From Chrysomallon squamiferum (taxonomy: Eukaryota > Animalia > Mollusca), in assembly GCA_012295275.1 (NCBI GenBank), contig CM022669.1, positions 4,526,001 through 4,590,000 on the forward strand: a stretch of 64,000 nucleotides of DNA. The letters are read 5' to 3'. This document shows, in pieces, positions 43,202 to 55,399 of this stretch. The notes under the pieces are model-generated. The model was given only the letters and a program-made list of their open reading frames with translations. It was not told the DNA's origin and made no database searches. The first letter of the stretch is position 1; every line of letters starts with the position of its first letter. The position numbers and the translations under genes are program-made.

Positions 43202-43356
43202 TTAGCTGTAGGAACTAGGTTGAGGAATCCGTTCAGAATGAAAGTAAAGTCTGCAAGATTTGAACTCACTAACTTCACCAGAGCATCACAACTAGAGGGC
43301 GCTGTCAGCTGGTCGCCATGACTACACAACTCCCACAAGTGTTTTAACTCTGGAAT
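43202..43356 (-). CDS. FOCAD: Focadhesin-like coding exon (155 nt, phase 0-2): IPELKHLWELCSHGDQLTAPSSCDALVKLVSSNLADFTFILNGFLNLVPTA(K)
   Basis: Acceptor ctgtttttcag| and donor TAA|gtatgt. The peptide aligns without gaps to remembered human FOCAD TPALNLLWEKCCSDNVVVRTACCEGLVALVAQDHAEFSYVLNGILNLIPSTR (shared LWE.C, C..LV.LV and A.F...LNG.LNL.P). Confidence 0.92.
43289..43304 (+). promoter_or_regulatory. CTCF-like motif CAACTAGAGGGCGCTG inside a coding exon
   Basis: One mismatch to the canonical CCASYAGRKGGCRSYR core. Confidence 0.45.
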
Positions 43357-45019
43357 CTGAAAAACAGCAACAAAAAACTCATAATACAGAAGTATCTATA
43401 TGTACACATTTTCAATTATAATTTTAAAACTTTATTTTTGTATGTGAATGAATGTTTTAAAAAGATGATGACCAAATAATAAATACACAGCCAAAAACAG
43501 CCCAGAACAAGCAAAATTAGGTTGAAATCAACTGAAATCTCTCGAGTGAAAACAACAAAATGATAATAATAATAAATAGGTTCCTGAGCTAGTGCATTTT
43601 TTAATTTTTAAATAGTTGAATACATGTTTATAAATGTACATATTTATGTGAATATATGTTCACATACACACACACTCCTCCAACCCCCACACATATACAC
43701 ACATCACACACATACACACATCACACACAGACATACACACAAACAAAGTAAATGTATGAACAGACAAGTTTTTTTTTTACATTCCTTTCTTCTTCTTTTT
43801 TTTTATATCTACATACCTAATTTTCCTAAACTAGTCATGTTGTCTTCTTATAAACAAAAAACACATCCCTTTGATATAAATATAATTTAAAATTTTTATT
43901 GTTTTCATCATCAAACTCAAAGTAGGTTTTAATTCACACAGTATTGTTTAACAGTTTCAGCTATTATCACTAAAAGCTGAACCCTTTCAAGATTTAAAAT
44001 TCCCATTAACATATAAACATAAAGTTTCACTTCAAGGACATAAAAAGCTTGAATAAAATTAAAATATTTATCACTGTCTGAAATGAATTCACTGTACACA
44101 GCAACGATTTAAAATGGTTGGAGATTGAATTGTTAAGTGTATCAATTTTTAAAATTAAATTAATTGTACTAAATGCCAAATTATAACGATAAAAAAATAA
44201 TACATATTAGAAAAAAAAAAAAATAATAACTTCTTTTTTTCAATAATTAAAAAAAAAATAAAATAAAATAAAATTTTACAAGACTTTTACTGTGAGTATG
44301 TGTCTGCATGTGTGTATCTCTCTACAACAAAGAAACAAACACACACATACACCCTCCACACAACAGATATGCACATACAATACACATTTTAAAAGTTCAG
44401 TTATCTGATTAATCATATTATTTATTTTATCATTAACAATTACAATGGACATTTTGACCATTAACTTAATACTCCTTCTGGTCAGTTTTGACTATAAATA
44501 ACTCTCAAAGTAATGCATTAATGCAGCCATTGCTTCAGTTCTGTAACTTTACTCCCACCTTTCAGAGGCACCTACACCATTTATCTATTCTCCGACATGC
44601 AGAAGAGTTGATCCCTGACATGGAATTTATCATAAAAGATTAATGATTATTTGAGGGCATTCAATAAACTAAGCAGTAGCTGAAGCTGATTTTAAACCCT
44701 TTTCAACACATCAACGTTCTCATTTAAAACTAGTGACATTTCACTGAAATTATCTCTAATAAACACCGCGATGCTTTTATAACATGGAGAGAGAGAGTTT
44801 AAAAATGCATCTTAATTAGCTTGAGAGAAGTGTGAGAAAAGATGTGATGGGTATGAATTAGCAGCAATGAAAGGTAATGAAGAGAGATACAAGCAGGAAA
44901 ATGAGACATGTTGATTTTATACTGAGACTGTTAGCTGAATGTACAGTGTCAAGTGAAGAGACAATGTAACAGAGTCTTGTTGTATTTGTGTTGTTAGTTC
45001 AGTGTGTGCATCAGTGTGT

Positions 45020-45415
45020 CCACACATACATTCATATATACACACATCTACACATGTACACACAGATACACAGATAAACACAAGTAAACATAGTCATGTA
45101 CATATAAACATATAACCAAATGTACAACATACACACATGTATACACATATAAACATGTACACACATATAGATATGTATACATATACACATAAACACCTGA
45201 CACATAAACACCAGACACATACAACATATAAACATACAAAATGACACATCTAAGCATACACATGCTCACATATATGCATAGATATACCACATACACACAT
45301 TCATACACATATACACACACACACATATATACACATGTACACACACATACATATACATACATACACATGTACACATACACACAGGTATACATATACACAC
45401 AGACATATACATGCA
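45020..45415. repeat. CA/TA-rich low-complexity tract
   Basis: Imperfect (CA)/(CATA) repeats. Confidence 0.88.
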
Positions 45416-45504
45416 AAATCAGTTATACACTAATAGATGGAAAAACAAAGAAAATCTATTAATATGCTGATTAGTATAATTTCAGACAACATATAATGCT
45501 ATAC

Positions 45505-45576
45505 CTCTGGAGAAGATGAATCTATGTACTTCTGTTCTGACTTTGTCTTCAGTAGAGAAAACAGCTTCGAGACAGC
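45505..45576 (-). CDS. FOCAD: Focadhesin-like coding exon (72 nt, phase 0-0): AVSKLFSLLKTKSEQKYIDSSSPE
   Basis: Minus-strand acceptor ttctaatgtttcag| and donor GAG|gtatag, with an open frame that joins the next exon in frame. Position and length correspond to the human FOCAD segment AVGHLIAAVLKENGFSEKIHQSTNQ (recalled from memory, not searched). Confidence 0.82.
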
Positions 45577-45702
45577 CTGAAACATTAGAAAAACACCATA
45601 ATTAAATCACACCTGACAAACACATCTGTATCAGGAGAAAACAAAATAATTAAATATAAACATATATTTCAAAAACAACAACACACACACACACACCAAA
45701 AT

Positions 45703-45735
<33 letters not shown>

Positions 45736-45987
45736 TGTCAAATAATATATGGAAATACACACATAGAAGAAAACATTATAAATATAAACATATCACAATA
45801 AACATATAGAGACAGATAAGTATTCACACATAAAATAATAATAATAATAAAACTGTAAAAAAAAGGAATGGAAAAAACAGTTTTTTATGAAAAATGGCTT
45901 ATTGTTATTCTCTCTTTCTCTGTGTTTATCTCTCTTTTTTTCTTTTTCTCTCATTCTTTCTTTGTTTTTCTTTACTCTCTTTCAATT

Positions 45988-45991
<4 letters not shown>

Positions 45992-46059
<68 letters not shown>
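45992..46059. repeat. (CT)n microsatellite
   Basis: Pure run. Confidence 0.97.
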
Positions 46060-46062
<3 letters not shown>

Positions 46063-47760
46063 CTCCTACATACATATTATTATTTATTGATGAAACAATT
46101 AGAGAGAGAAATAAATTCCTATTTGCCTGTTACTCTACAATTTCCATCCAGCGTGGTGGTTTCTCTGTCGTTTATTAAGGAAAGGAGATTGCTACAACTG
46201 TGAGTTAGTTACTCAGATCAATGGCTGAGTGAAACTCACAGATAACATTTTACTCAGGACAAGTAAAGAAATGTGTGTCTTGATGACAGTGATCTTTAAC
46301 AAACAAAAAAATAAATAAAAAAAGTCTTGTTTAGGTAGTTTTTTAAAGTCTTATCTATGTATGCTTGTGTTTGTGAGTGTGTGTCTGCGTGTTTATATGT
46401 ATGTGTGTTTGCATGTGTGTGAATATCTTTATATATGTGTATGTTAATGTAGATATATATCTGCATATATCTCTGCATGTGTTTTTAGGATGTGGAAAAA
46501 AATGTCTATAACTTGATGAGTTTGGTGTTCACAGTTTTGTACATGCTGCTATATATGCTGTCAGATATGAGAAAAAAACCTGTTTCTGTATAAGGATTTT
46601 AAGTTTAAAATATATCTCAGTTCTTATTGGCAACTGGGGTATGTACATAATTCTTATAGGCTAAATCTGTCCTTTCTTTTTAAACAGGAACGAATAACAA
46701 CAACAACAACAACAACAACAACAATAATGATGATGATGATAGTAATAGTAATAATAATAGTAGTAGCAGCTTTCTAATAATAATTATTATTATAAATAAA
46801 TTTAATAAATGAAATGAAAGGATTTTTTGTGATAAAAATAACAATAAGAAAATTATTTTTAAAATTATGTTAATAATAAATAGTGGTAGAGAGCGAAAGA
46901 AAAAAGAATTTAACAAATAAATAAATAAATAAATAAATAAAGTGAAATCAAAATTTGTTAAGTTAATAAACATAACAAATGAAAACCAAACAATTTTAAT
47001 TTTTGAATATTGTGAATTTTGTTTGTTTTTTGTTTTTGTTTTATTTATGTATTTATTTTATTTTAATTTTTCTTTAAATTACTGATCTTTTCTAAATATC
47101 CTTTCTCATCTTTTTTTGTTTTTCTACTGGCTCTCAAAAAGAAGGTTGCTAAAATTAAACAAGATGTTTCAAAACTTCAACACCAAGCATGTTGCCCTGG
47201 GCTGGGGTAATGACAGGTTTCTATTCCTTTTAGTTAATTTGAAAAGATAGAATTTGAGATAGGGAAGAGATTCCAAAACAAGAAAAAAAAAGACAGACAG
47301 AGAGAAAAAAAGAAAATTCATTCTAATATGTCTTTCAATAAAAGAAGCAAATACAGAAAAAGAAGAAAAGATAAATGTAGAACTGAATGAATGAATGAAT
47401 GAATGAACAAAAGTCACAGGAATAATAACATGATGATGATGATGATGTAATAATGATGATGTCTAAGTAATAACAGTGATGATACTAATGATTTAAAAAC
47501 ACAATCACAATAAAAATAATAAAATAATAATAATAATAATAATAATAAAAGTAACAACTACAATAACAGTAACAACAATTATTATAATAATAATAAATAT
47601 AATAATAATAATAATAATGATAATAATAAAAGTAGTAATAATAATAATAATTATAATAATAATAATAATAATAAAAGTAATAATAAAATAATAATAATAA
47701 TAATAATAGTAACAACACAACAACAATAATAAGTAAACAAATAAATTTCATATACAAGCA

Positions 47761-48130
47761 CAGACAACACATGAACGTGCATGTCTATTTTAGAAAACTT
47801 TCATTCGCTGCTTTCAGAGAGAACTCTACATCTCTGACGTAACCGAGTTACAGCAAAAAAGTTAATCCCTGTTACATAAATGTGGCTCGTCTGTGTGTCA
47901 CAAAATTAATACAGTGATTGACGTTTCTAATCTACTCCTCCATGCTGGTTCCAGCCTCGTGGCGCCGGATTGGGAAATCCAGTGATGAAACTCAATTTGC
48001 GTTCATAATGAGTCGAGAGGTAGATTTCTTTTGAGGTGATAAATGAACAAAGTTTGGGATGTAAGCACGTGTGAAAGTGACGATTTCGTAAAATGATTAA
48101 AATTAGAGACTTAGAATCTTGTGACCGGCC
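47761..48130. promoter_or_regulatory. CpG-retaining, motif-dense candidate enhancer or promoter island
   Basis: I count 15 CpGs in about 370 bp against a strongly CpG-depleted background. Contains TGACGTAA, GTTACATAA, TGATTGACG, GGGAAATCC, TGATGAAAC and CACGTG. Confidence 0.5.
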
Positions 48131-48500
48131 TCATTAAAAGGTACCTGATGTACAAATTATAGTAATGACAGCAGTCATTGGAAATTTGTAACAAGTCACA
48201 TGAAAAGACACCTAATGTCAGTTCACAAAAACTGATGATTTAGTAATGACTGTAGCTGAATATTTAAATTCTAGTGACCAGTGACATAAAAAGGGGACTA
48301 ATGTAACATATCCGAATTGAAAATTTAGTAATTACTGTAAATTAATTATTAAAAGTTTTGATAGGTTATATGAAAATGTACATGATGTAAGCAGATAATT
48401 TTATATATCCAAACTGATCATTTAATAAACAAGTTGTCAATGATTTAGATATTTGTGACTGGTCATGTGAAAATGTATGTGTACATCCAAAACTGATTTA
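48115..48500. repeat. Degenerate tandem repeat of about 70-90 bp
   Basis: Recurring gtgac(c/t)(g/a)gt(c/g)acat(g/a)aaa.g...cct(a/g)atgt...aaactgat. Confidence 0.55.
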
Positions 48501-50019
48501 ATATGAATGTAGTATATATTTCTCCTCAAGCCTGCTACCAATATTATGAAAAACTACTCATAATTCCAATTTTCAAAACTGCTGGAAACCAAATAATGCA
48601 ACATTATGGTACCAGTTAGGAAAATGTTTTGTTATTGAATCATGGAATGTTGAAATCTTTCCTTGCAGAATATTTAAAATTATATCAAGGGCTTGGACAG
48701 ATTCAGAACTAAGAATCATATTTTCAAATTGAAATGTTGTGGTAATATCTTCAGTATTAAGGATTTCATGACATTCTGGAGTTCTTGGTTGTTGTATTTT
48801 ACATTTTTTTTTTTTTTTTTTTACATACAACGCCTTCACGATGTTGTTCAAACCCACCTTTGTGTCAACCCTCGGTCAAATTCAGATCATTACTGATGAG
48901 AAATCACAAATTGTCTACATACTATTACTCAGCAAGTGTTTCCTGTGATGTCAGCACAGCCAAAACCAGCAGTGGCAGGATGTAAACAATGCATGCAGAG
49001 ACCTCTGGTGGGCAGTTGTGTCTCCATACTGCAGGAAGCTAGTTTTCATGTGACAAGTCACAGTGGTGACACAAGGGACAAAGATGAGAGAGAGAGTATT
49101 TTAAAGTATATACACGTGTGTGTGTCTGTCTGTATCTGTGTGTGTCTGTCTGTATCTGTGTGTGTTTGTAGCTATATATGAGTGTGTATGCATGTTTCAT
49201 GATATTTGTATGTGTGTATTTATGTACTTTGCACACTGATCATTTTTGTAGAAATAATTTTGTTAAAAACCACATAGCTCGGGTCTGTTTGCTTGTTTTT
49301 GTTATCAGTTCAGTAAATGAAATCAGGCAATCTGCACTCTTTAGACCCTGATTCACAGGAAGGACAAATATAATATTCCATAAAAAAAACACCAAAACAA
49401 TCAAAGCAACACAAACAAACATCACAGACTTAATTTCCCATTTTTGCTTTTATCCTCAATACAAATGTGCAAATATTTTATTAGTTAATGAATTACAGTC
49501 CATCCTAGAAAATGTTTTTGTTTTTAATTTCTGTTGTTTTTCTTTCTTTCTTTTGTTTGGTTTTTCCTTCTTTCTTTTGTTTTTTTTTCTTTTTTTTTTT
49601 TTTTTTTTTTTTTTTCTTTTTTTTTTATTTTTTCTTATTTTTTTAATATTGTTTTCATTTAAGTGACATAATCGGAAAATTAAAGATTAAATGGATGTTT
49701 ATTTAACAACACAACACATTTAAAGACCATTATAATCTTGTCAATTGTATTTGTTTGTAAAGCTAACCAGTGAAAAAAGAAAGAAGAAGATTTACAACTG
49801 CATGTGTGAGGTAATCTTGTTAATTAAGAACAGAAAGGAATTTTGTTGATGTTTCTTTCTCAACAGGCAGGAATGCAGACACCTCAGACTTGCATGTGTA
49901 AACAATGCTATCACAGGTGATGCTGAATAAGTCTCAAAGAATGCTTCAGGTGCAAAAGTCCAAATACCATTAAGAGAATGTGCGTATTAATGTATTAGTT
50001 GTTTTTATCTTTATTTATT

Positions 50020-50300
50020 TATTTATTAATTATTACTATCATTATTATCATTATTATTACTATTACTGTTACTACTACTATTACTACTACTATTATTATT
50101 ATCATTATTACTTTTAGCATTACTATTATTATTATTATTTTTATTACTACTACTACTACTACTATTATCATTATTACAATAACATTACTATTATTATTAT
50201 TATTACTATTGCTACTACTACTACTATTATCATTATTACTATTATTAATATCATTATTACTATTATTATTATTATTATTATTATTATTACTACTATTATT
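50020..50300. repeat. (TTA/CTA)n trinucleotide tract
   Basis: Directly visible. Confidence 0.93.
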
Positions 50301-50459
50301 TTCTTTGTTTTGTTTATATTTATAACAGAGATTTTTATCAGACATCAAAATAAAAACAAACTGTCAGAATCTAGTCCTATATAATATGTATATATTTTTA
50401 CGCAAATGTAGGTATGTGGATATATTTACAAGTCAGTATATTTGAATGCAAAGAAGTGA

Positions 50460-50740
50460 GTATATGTGTATGTATGTGTGTATATGTATGTATGTATGTA
50501 CGTATGTATGTATGTATGTATGTATGTTTTAGTATGTATATATGTATGTTTTAGTATGGATGTATGTATGTATGTATGGATGGATGGATGTATTATATGT
50601 ATGTATGGATGTATGTGTGTATATGTATGTATGTATGTATGTATGTATATATGTATGTTATATATTAAAAGTAGAATATAAATGATTTAATGTATGAATA
50701 TATGTATGTATGAATGTATGTATGTTTTAGTACGTATATA
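50460..50740. repeat. (TATG)n-rich tract
   Basis: Directly visible. Confidence 0.9.
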
Positions 50741-51941
50741 TTTATCTGTGTGTGTGTGTATATGTCAACTAATCTACAGTGTGATGGGAGAAGATTTATC
50801 ATATTTACAGAACAGCTTTTGACAGAGGAGTACCTGATACAGTACTACTGACTAGATTTGCACTTTGTACATGTTTGTTCATGAATATGAGCAAGAGTAT
50901 GTTGTTTGAACATGTGCATTTGATTACATGTATGTATGCATGCATGCCCATTTTTTTATGTTTTATGTATACTGTTTCTGTAGGTCTGTGATAGTGCACA
51001 AGGGTACATGCGCACCAACAGATAATAAAATTAACACAAATAATAATGAGACAGTGAGAAGGGTAAAGTTCTCGCAAAGTTTGGAATTCACATATAACAT
51101 CCCTAACATCCAGTATTTATTGTCAGAAGTCTACAGAAAAGAGATTTCACAAAAAAAACTAAAACTATCAGACTATAAACTGATCCACTTTGACTTCTCT
51201 TCATCATTCTAAATGCTACTGTGAACACAAAATTACTGCAAATATTTGTTTTACTCTAATTCTGCCCGTGAAATATCCTTGCAGACAAGCAGTGGGTTAT
51301 GAGAGGACACTAAATATAGCCCTGGGTTACACCACTGCTTTGTTTGATACTTATATTTATTTACCAGACATGTCAAAGTTATCAGAGTTGTGTTACTCTG
51401 TGCATGGAACTTGTAGCTGTTAATCATTTACCAGTTCTCGGCTCCATCCAAGAGACTAATTCTGTGTTTTATAGCAAGCTCTGCCAGAAGAGATGTGAGG
51501 GGAATTTTATGTGAGAATTATTCACGGGCTTTTAACACTGAATTAATCCTAAATTGTTGTTTTTGTACAAATTAAAACTTGACTGGGTTGTTGGTTTTTT
51601 TTTTTGGGGGGGGTAATTTCTGTCTTGTGTTGTTTTCCATTTATGTGCATTTGCATGTTTGTATGTGTCTGTGTATGTGTGCACATGGTAGTAAGTGTGT
51701 GTGTGTGTATACATGTTAGAATGTGTGTGTGTGTGTGTGAGTGTATGATTGTTTTGGTGTGTATATATATATGCATATTTCCACTGTGTTACCCATTAAT
51801 CATCCATATGTCCATCCATCACACACATACAAACACATACACACAGAAACACACACATACATACACAGACACACACACTCACACACATACAAACACACAA
51901 ACATACACACTCACACACATACAAACACACAAACACACACT

Positions 51942-51977
<36 letters not shown>

Positions 51978-52323
51978 CACACACACACACACACGGTAAC
52001 ACACACACCAACACACATACATACAGTGATGCAGATTTACAGACACACATCTATCATCGACATTATGGATTCAAAAATACCAGTAATCTGCCTGTATGGG
52101 CCCCAGAGAGACAAACATGGAGTGGAATCACATTAAGAGGGCAGTGACTTTTAAATATGAGCAGTGCTTTGATATGCAGTGGTTTTACTAATATTCCACA
52201 GTGTGTGCCTGCCTCTCTGTTGAAACAGTTTTAATTCACCGCTAATTTAATTTGATTTCCCCAGACTACACCTAGTCAGCAAACATATATACATTCAGTG
52301 AAGCATATCAAAACAAATTAAGT

Positions 52324-52365
<42 letters not shown>

Positions 52366-53067
52366 AACTAAATTAAAAATCTGTGTAATTCTATACTTTC
52401 TACTGAACAACAAATGAACAAAATTTTGAAGAAAAAAGAAAAGAAAAACAAAAAAAATTAAAGTTACGAAAACAAAAAATCAATCCAGAATGAAGAGGTT
52501 GAAGTTATGATTATATATCTCATTTGACTTAATAAAAGCTATCTGATAATGGAAAATCAATTTTAATTTGAAGTGAAGTATCAAATGACATTTCAAGTGA
52601 AATGCTATCTCTGAAATCAATTCATATTTAACATCAAACAGCATTTCTTTGTGTGGAAATTAACATGCATTAAATATGAAATATTATCATGTGTTGAAAG
52701 TGCAAAATATAAACTTTCATATAACACAGTAAATTGAAGTATATTAAAAGTAGAATATAAATGATTTAACGTGGGTTATCAAGTAGTAAAGTGATGCATC
52801 AGAAGGTATTTAAGATGGAATATCAACTTTTGTTTAAACTTTAATGTTGAATATTAAGTTGTATTAAACATGGAATATCAAGTAGTATGAACTGTGGAAT
52901 GTAAAGTGTTTAATGTTGATTATTAAGTAGTATTTAATGTCAGGTTATATTTAATGTCAAATATCAAGGTGTCTTTAATGTGGAATATTAATAGTTATTT
53001 TTTTACAAATGTTGTAAGTCCTCAATGTGAAATCAAGTTACATTTATTTGTGGGATATGAAGCTGTC

Positions 53068-53410
53068 TTTAATGTGAAATATTAAGCTGTATTTAATGTG
53101 AAATATTATGCTGTATTTAACGTGAAATATTAAGTTGTATTTAATGTGAAATATTAAGATGTATTTAATTTGAAATATTAAGTTGTATTTAATTTGAAAT
53201 ATTAAGATGTATTTAATTTGAAATATTAGGTTGTATTTAATGTGAAATATTAAGTTGTATTTAATTTGAAATATTAAGTTGTATTTAATTTGAAATATTA
53301 AGATGTATTTAATTTGAAATATTAAGTTGTATTTAATGTGAAATATTAAGATGTATTTAATTTGAAATATTAAGTTGTATTTAATGTGAAATATTAAGTT
53401 GTATTTAATG
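53068..53410. repeat. 24-bp minisatellite taat(g/t)tgaaatattaag(t/a)tgtatt, about 14 copies, with decayed flanks over ~52740-53500
   Basis: Homogeneous core array with diverged units on both sides. Confidence 0.96.
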
Positions 53411-55399
53411 AGGAATACAAAGCTGTATTGAAATTGAAATATAAAGCTGAATATCAGTTAAAAGATAATTATTAAGTTGTATTTAAAGATAAATATCAAG
53501 CATGTGTCATCATACATGACATATGTGCTTGAACATTACATTAGACATTGTCAGAATACAGAGTAAACACATTTAGCAGGCTATCTGATGGTCATCAGGG
53601 TTTGAACTTAAGACACTGTATCTATCAAGAAACCAAACCCTGCCCACTGGTCAACACAACATCTGTACTCTGTGTAGTTTTGTTGTTCAGTGTGACCTAA
53701 CTGTGTTGATGAGTTTGTGTCTTGCTACATACTGTACTTTCAGAAATTTAGAAGCCAATAGATGTCTTTATAATGCGAATTCATTATTTTAAAAAAATTG
53801 TTAAAAAATAGTTTTAAGGTTTATTCTGAATATGTAATAATGTTTGGTTTGTAAACAATATTTACTGCAAGCAAAGACAAACTTTGCACACTGAAAGTCG
53901 TAAGAACTGGAAAAAAAGCTCTGAAAAGTGTGATGATTTGTCAGAGTTGAATGTTATTTATTGCATTAAAGAATAAAAATGAAAAGATTCTGAAAATTTA
54001 CTGCTAATGAAATCATTATTAGATTTAAAAAAAATAACATAATTTTAAAAAGAAAAAAATCTATCTCTCTCATTCAAACTTAAAATCCAATACACACATA
54101 TATACAATGTAATTTCAAATGTACATTTTTCTGTTTCTTCTTTCTCTCTTTCACTTCCTTCTTTCTTATTTTTTTTTTTTTAGGCTTTCTGATTATGTAC
54201 TTGTCTATCTCACTCTTTCTGTCTAGAAATAAAAAGTCTCTAATAAAACTCATCACATATGTAATGATTATTCAGAGAACATATTCTACAGATTATTCTT
54301 TGAAAGAACTGTAAACATGATTCACTGAAAAAAAATTGTTTTTCTCCAGTTACATAAAAGCAGCAGATAATTAGTTTTAACACTTTTGTCAGTTCTCTCA
54401 CATCATTTGATGTTCAAACATTCATCAACCCACAGACACGACTTTCTGAATGTACAAGTGATCTTTAATTCTGTTTTTTGTAATCAAGAATAAGAAGATG
54501 AGATTCAGCAACATACACTCACATACTCACATGCACACATAAACAAATATATAGTTCACAAAACAAACACACACTCCATACTCACACACAGACACATAAA
54601 CATGGACACAAACAGACATACCTATATACACTCACACACTTATAGACACACTCACATACAAATAAACATATACAGACATAAACACTTACAGAAACACACA
54701 CACACATATAAACATATATATATATATAAACACACACACACAAACACACAGACACACAGACATATATATATATATATATATACACAAACACACTCTAACA
54801 CTTACCCACACAATCACACAGACACACAAACACACAGACACACAAAGACTATCCCCACATTCAACCTGACCCACGAAATTAACAAACAACATTTGTATGA
54901 AATTATGCAATGAAGTTTCTAATCACACATTCTTTTCTTCTCGACAAATACACAAGAATGAAAAAGTGTTTGACGAAGCAAATGAAAACTAAACAGAGAG
55001 GAAATGTTGAGTCTATTAATTTCCACAGTCAATGTCTGTTCACCTCTTCTCAGTCAACCAGCTCTAATGGAAGATGACAGGGCCACTGAAAAGCTGCTAT
55101 TTTCAGAAATTAGTAATAAAACAAGGTGTCAGAATTTCCTTATGATAAATATATCTCAGTTTGTGGGAGGTGTCAAAGGTCAATCTCCCTCAGTATATTT
55201 ACCCATAATTCAATATTACTTCCTGATTTTACTTTTCTGTTATACATTCTTACCTACACAAACTTACATACATACATACATACATATACAGACACACTAG
55301 TCAGATGCTTTTTTGCCTGTGATAAGCATACTTGAATCTTTCTGTGAGATGACAGTTAATAAGTGATGTTTTGTCAGCCAGTGTCAAAGTGTCGTAATG

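Noticed and set aside
46580-46648. Possible FOCAD start exon MYIPQLPIRTEIYFKLKILIQKQ (ends like human LIQSQ, phase 0)
   Set aside because: The donor would be a very poor CAG|gttttt, and similarity is limited to 4 residues. Not excluded, but unsupported without RNA-seq.
47929-48032. Resemblance to HDV (ccagcctcgtggcgccgg), twister (atgctggttccagcc) or hammerhead (gtgatga…gaga) ribozymes
   Set aside because: No P1 partner or proper L3 for HDV, no UAA cleavage loop or P4 for twister, and the core deviates from CUGANGA/GAAA for hammerhead.
48573-48857. Minus-strand ORF segment EDITTTFQFENMILSSESVQAL, reminiscent of the FOCAD N-terminus
   Set aside because: No suitable ATG and no GT donor at the required position; likely coincidence.
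52895-52906. TGGAATGTAAAG, identical to the first 12 nt of miR-1
   Set aside because: The 3' half does not match, no hairpin partner is evident, and it lies within decayed minisatellite units.
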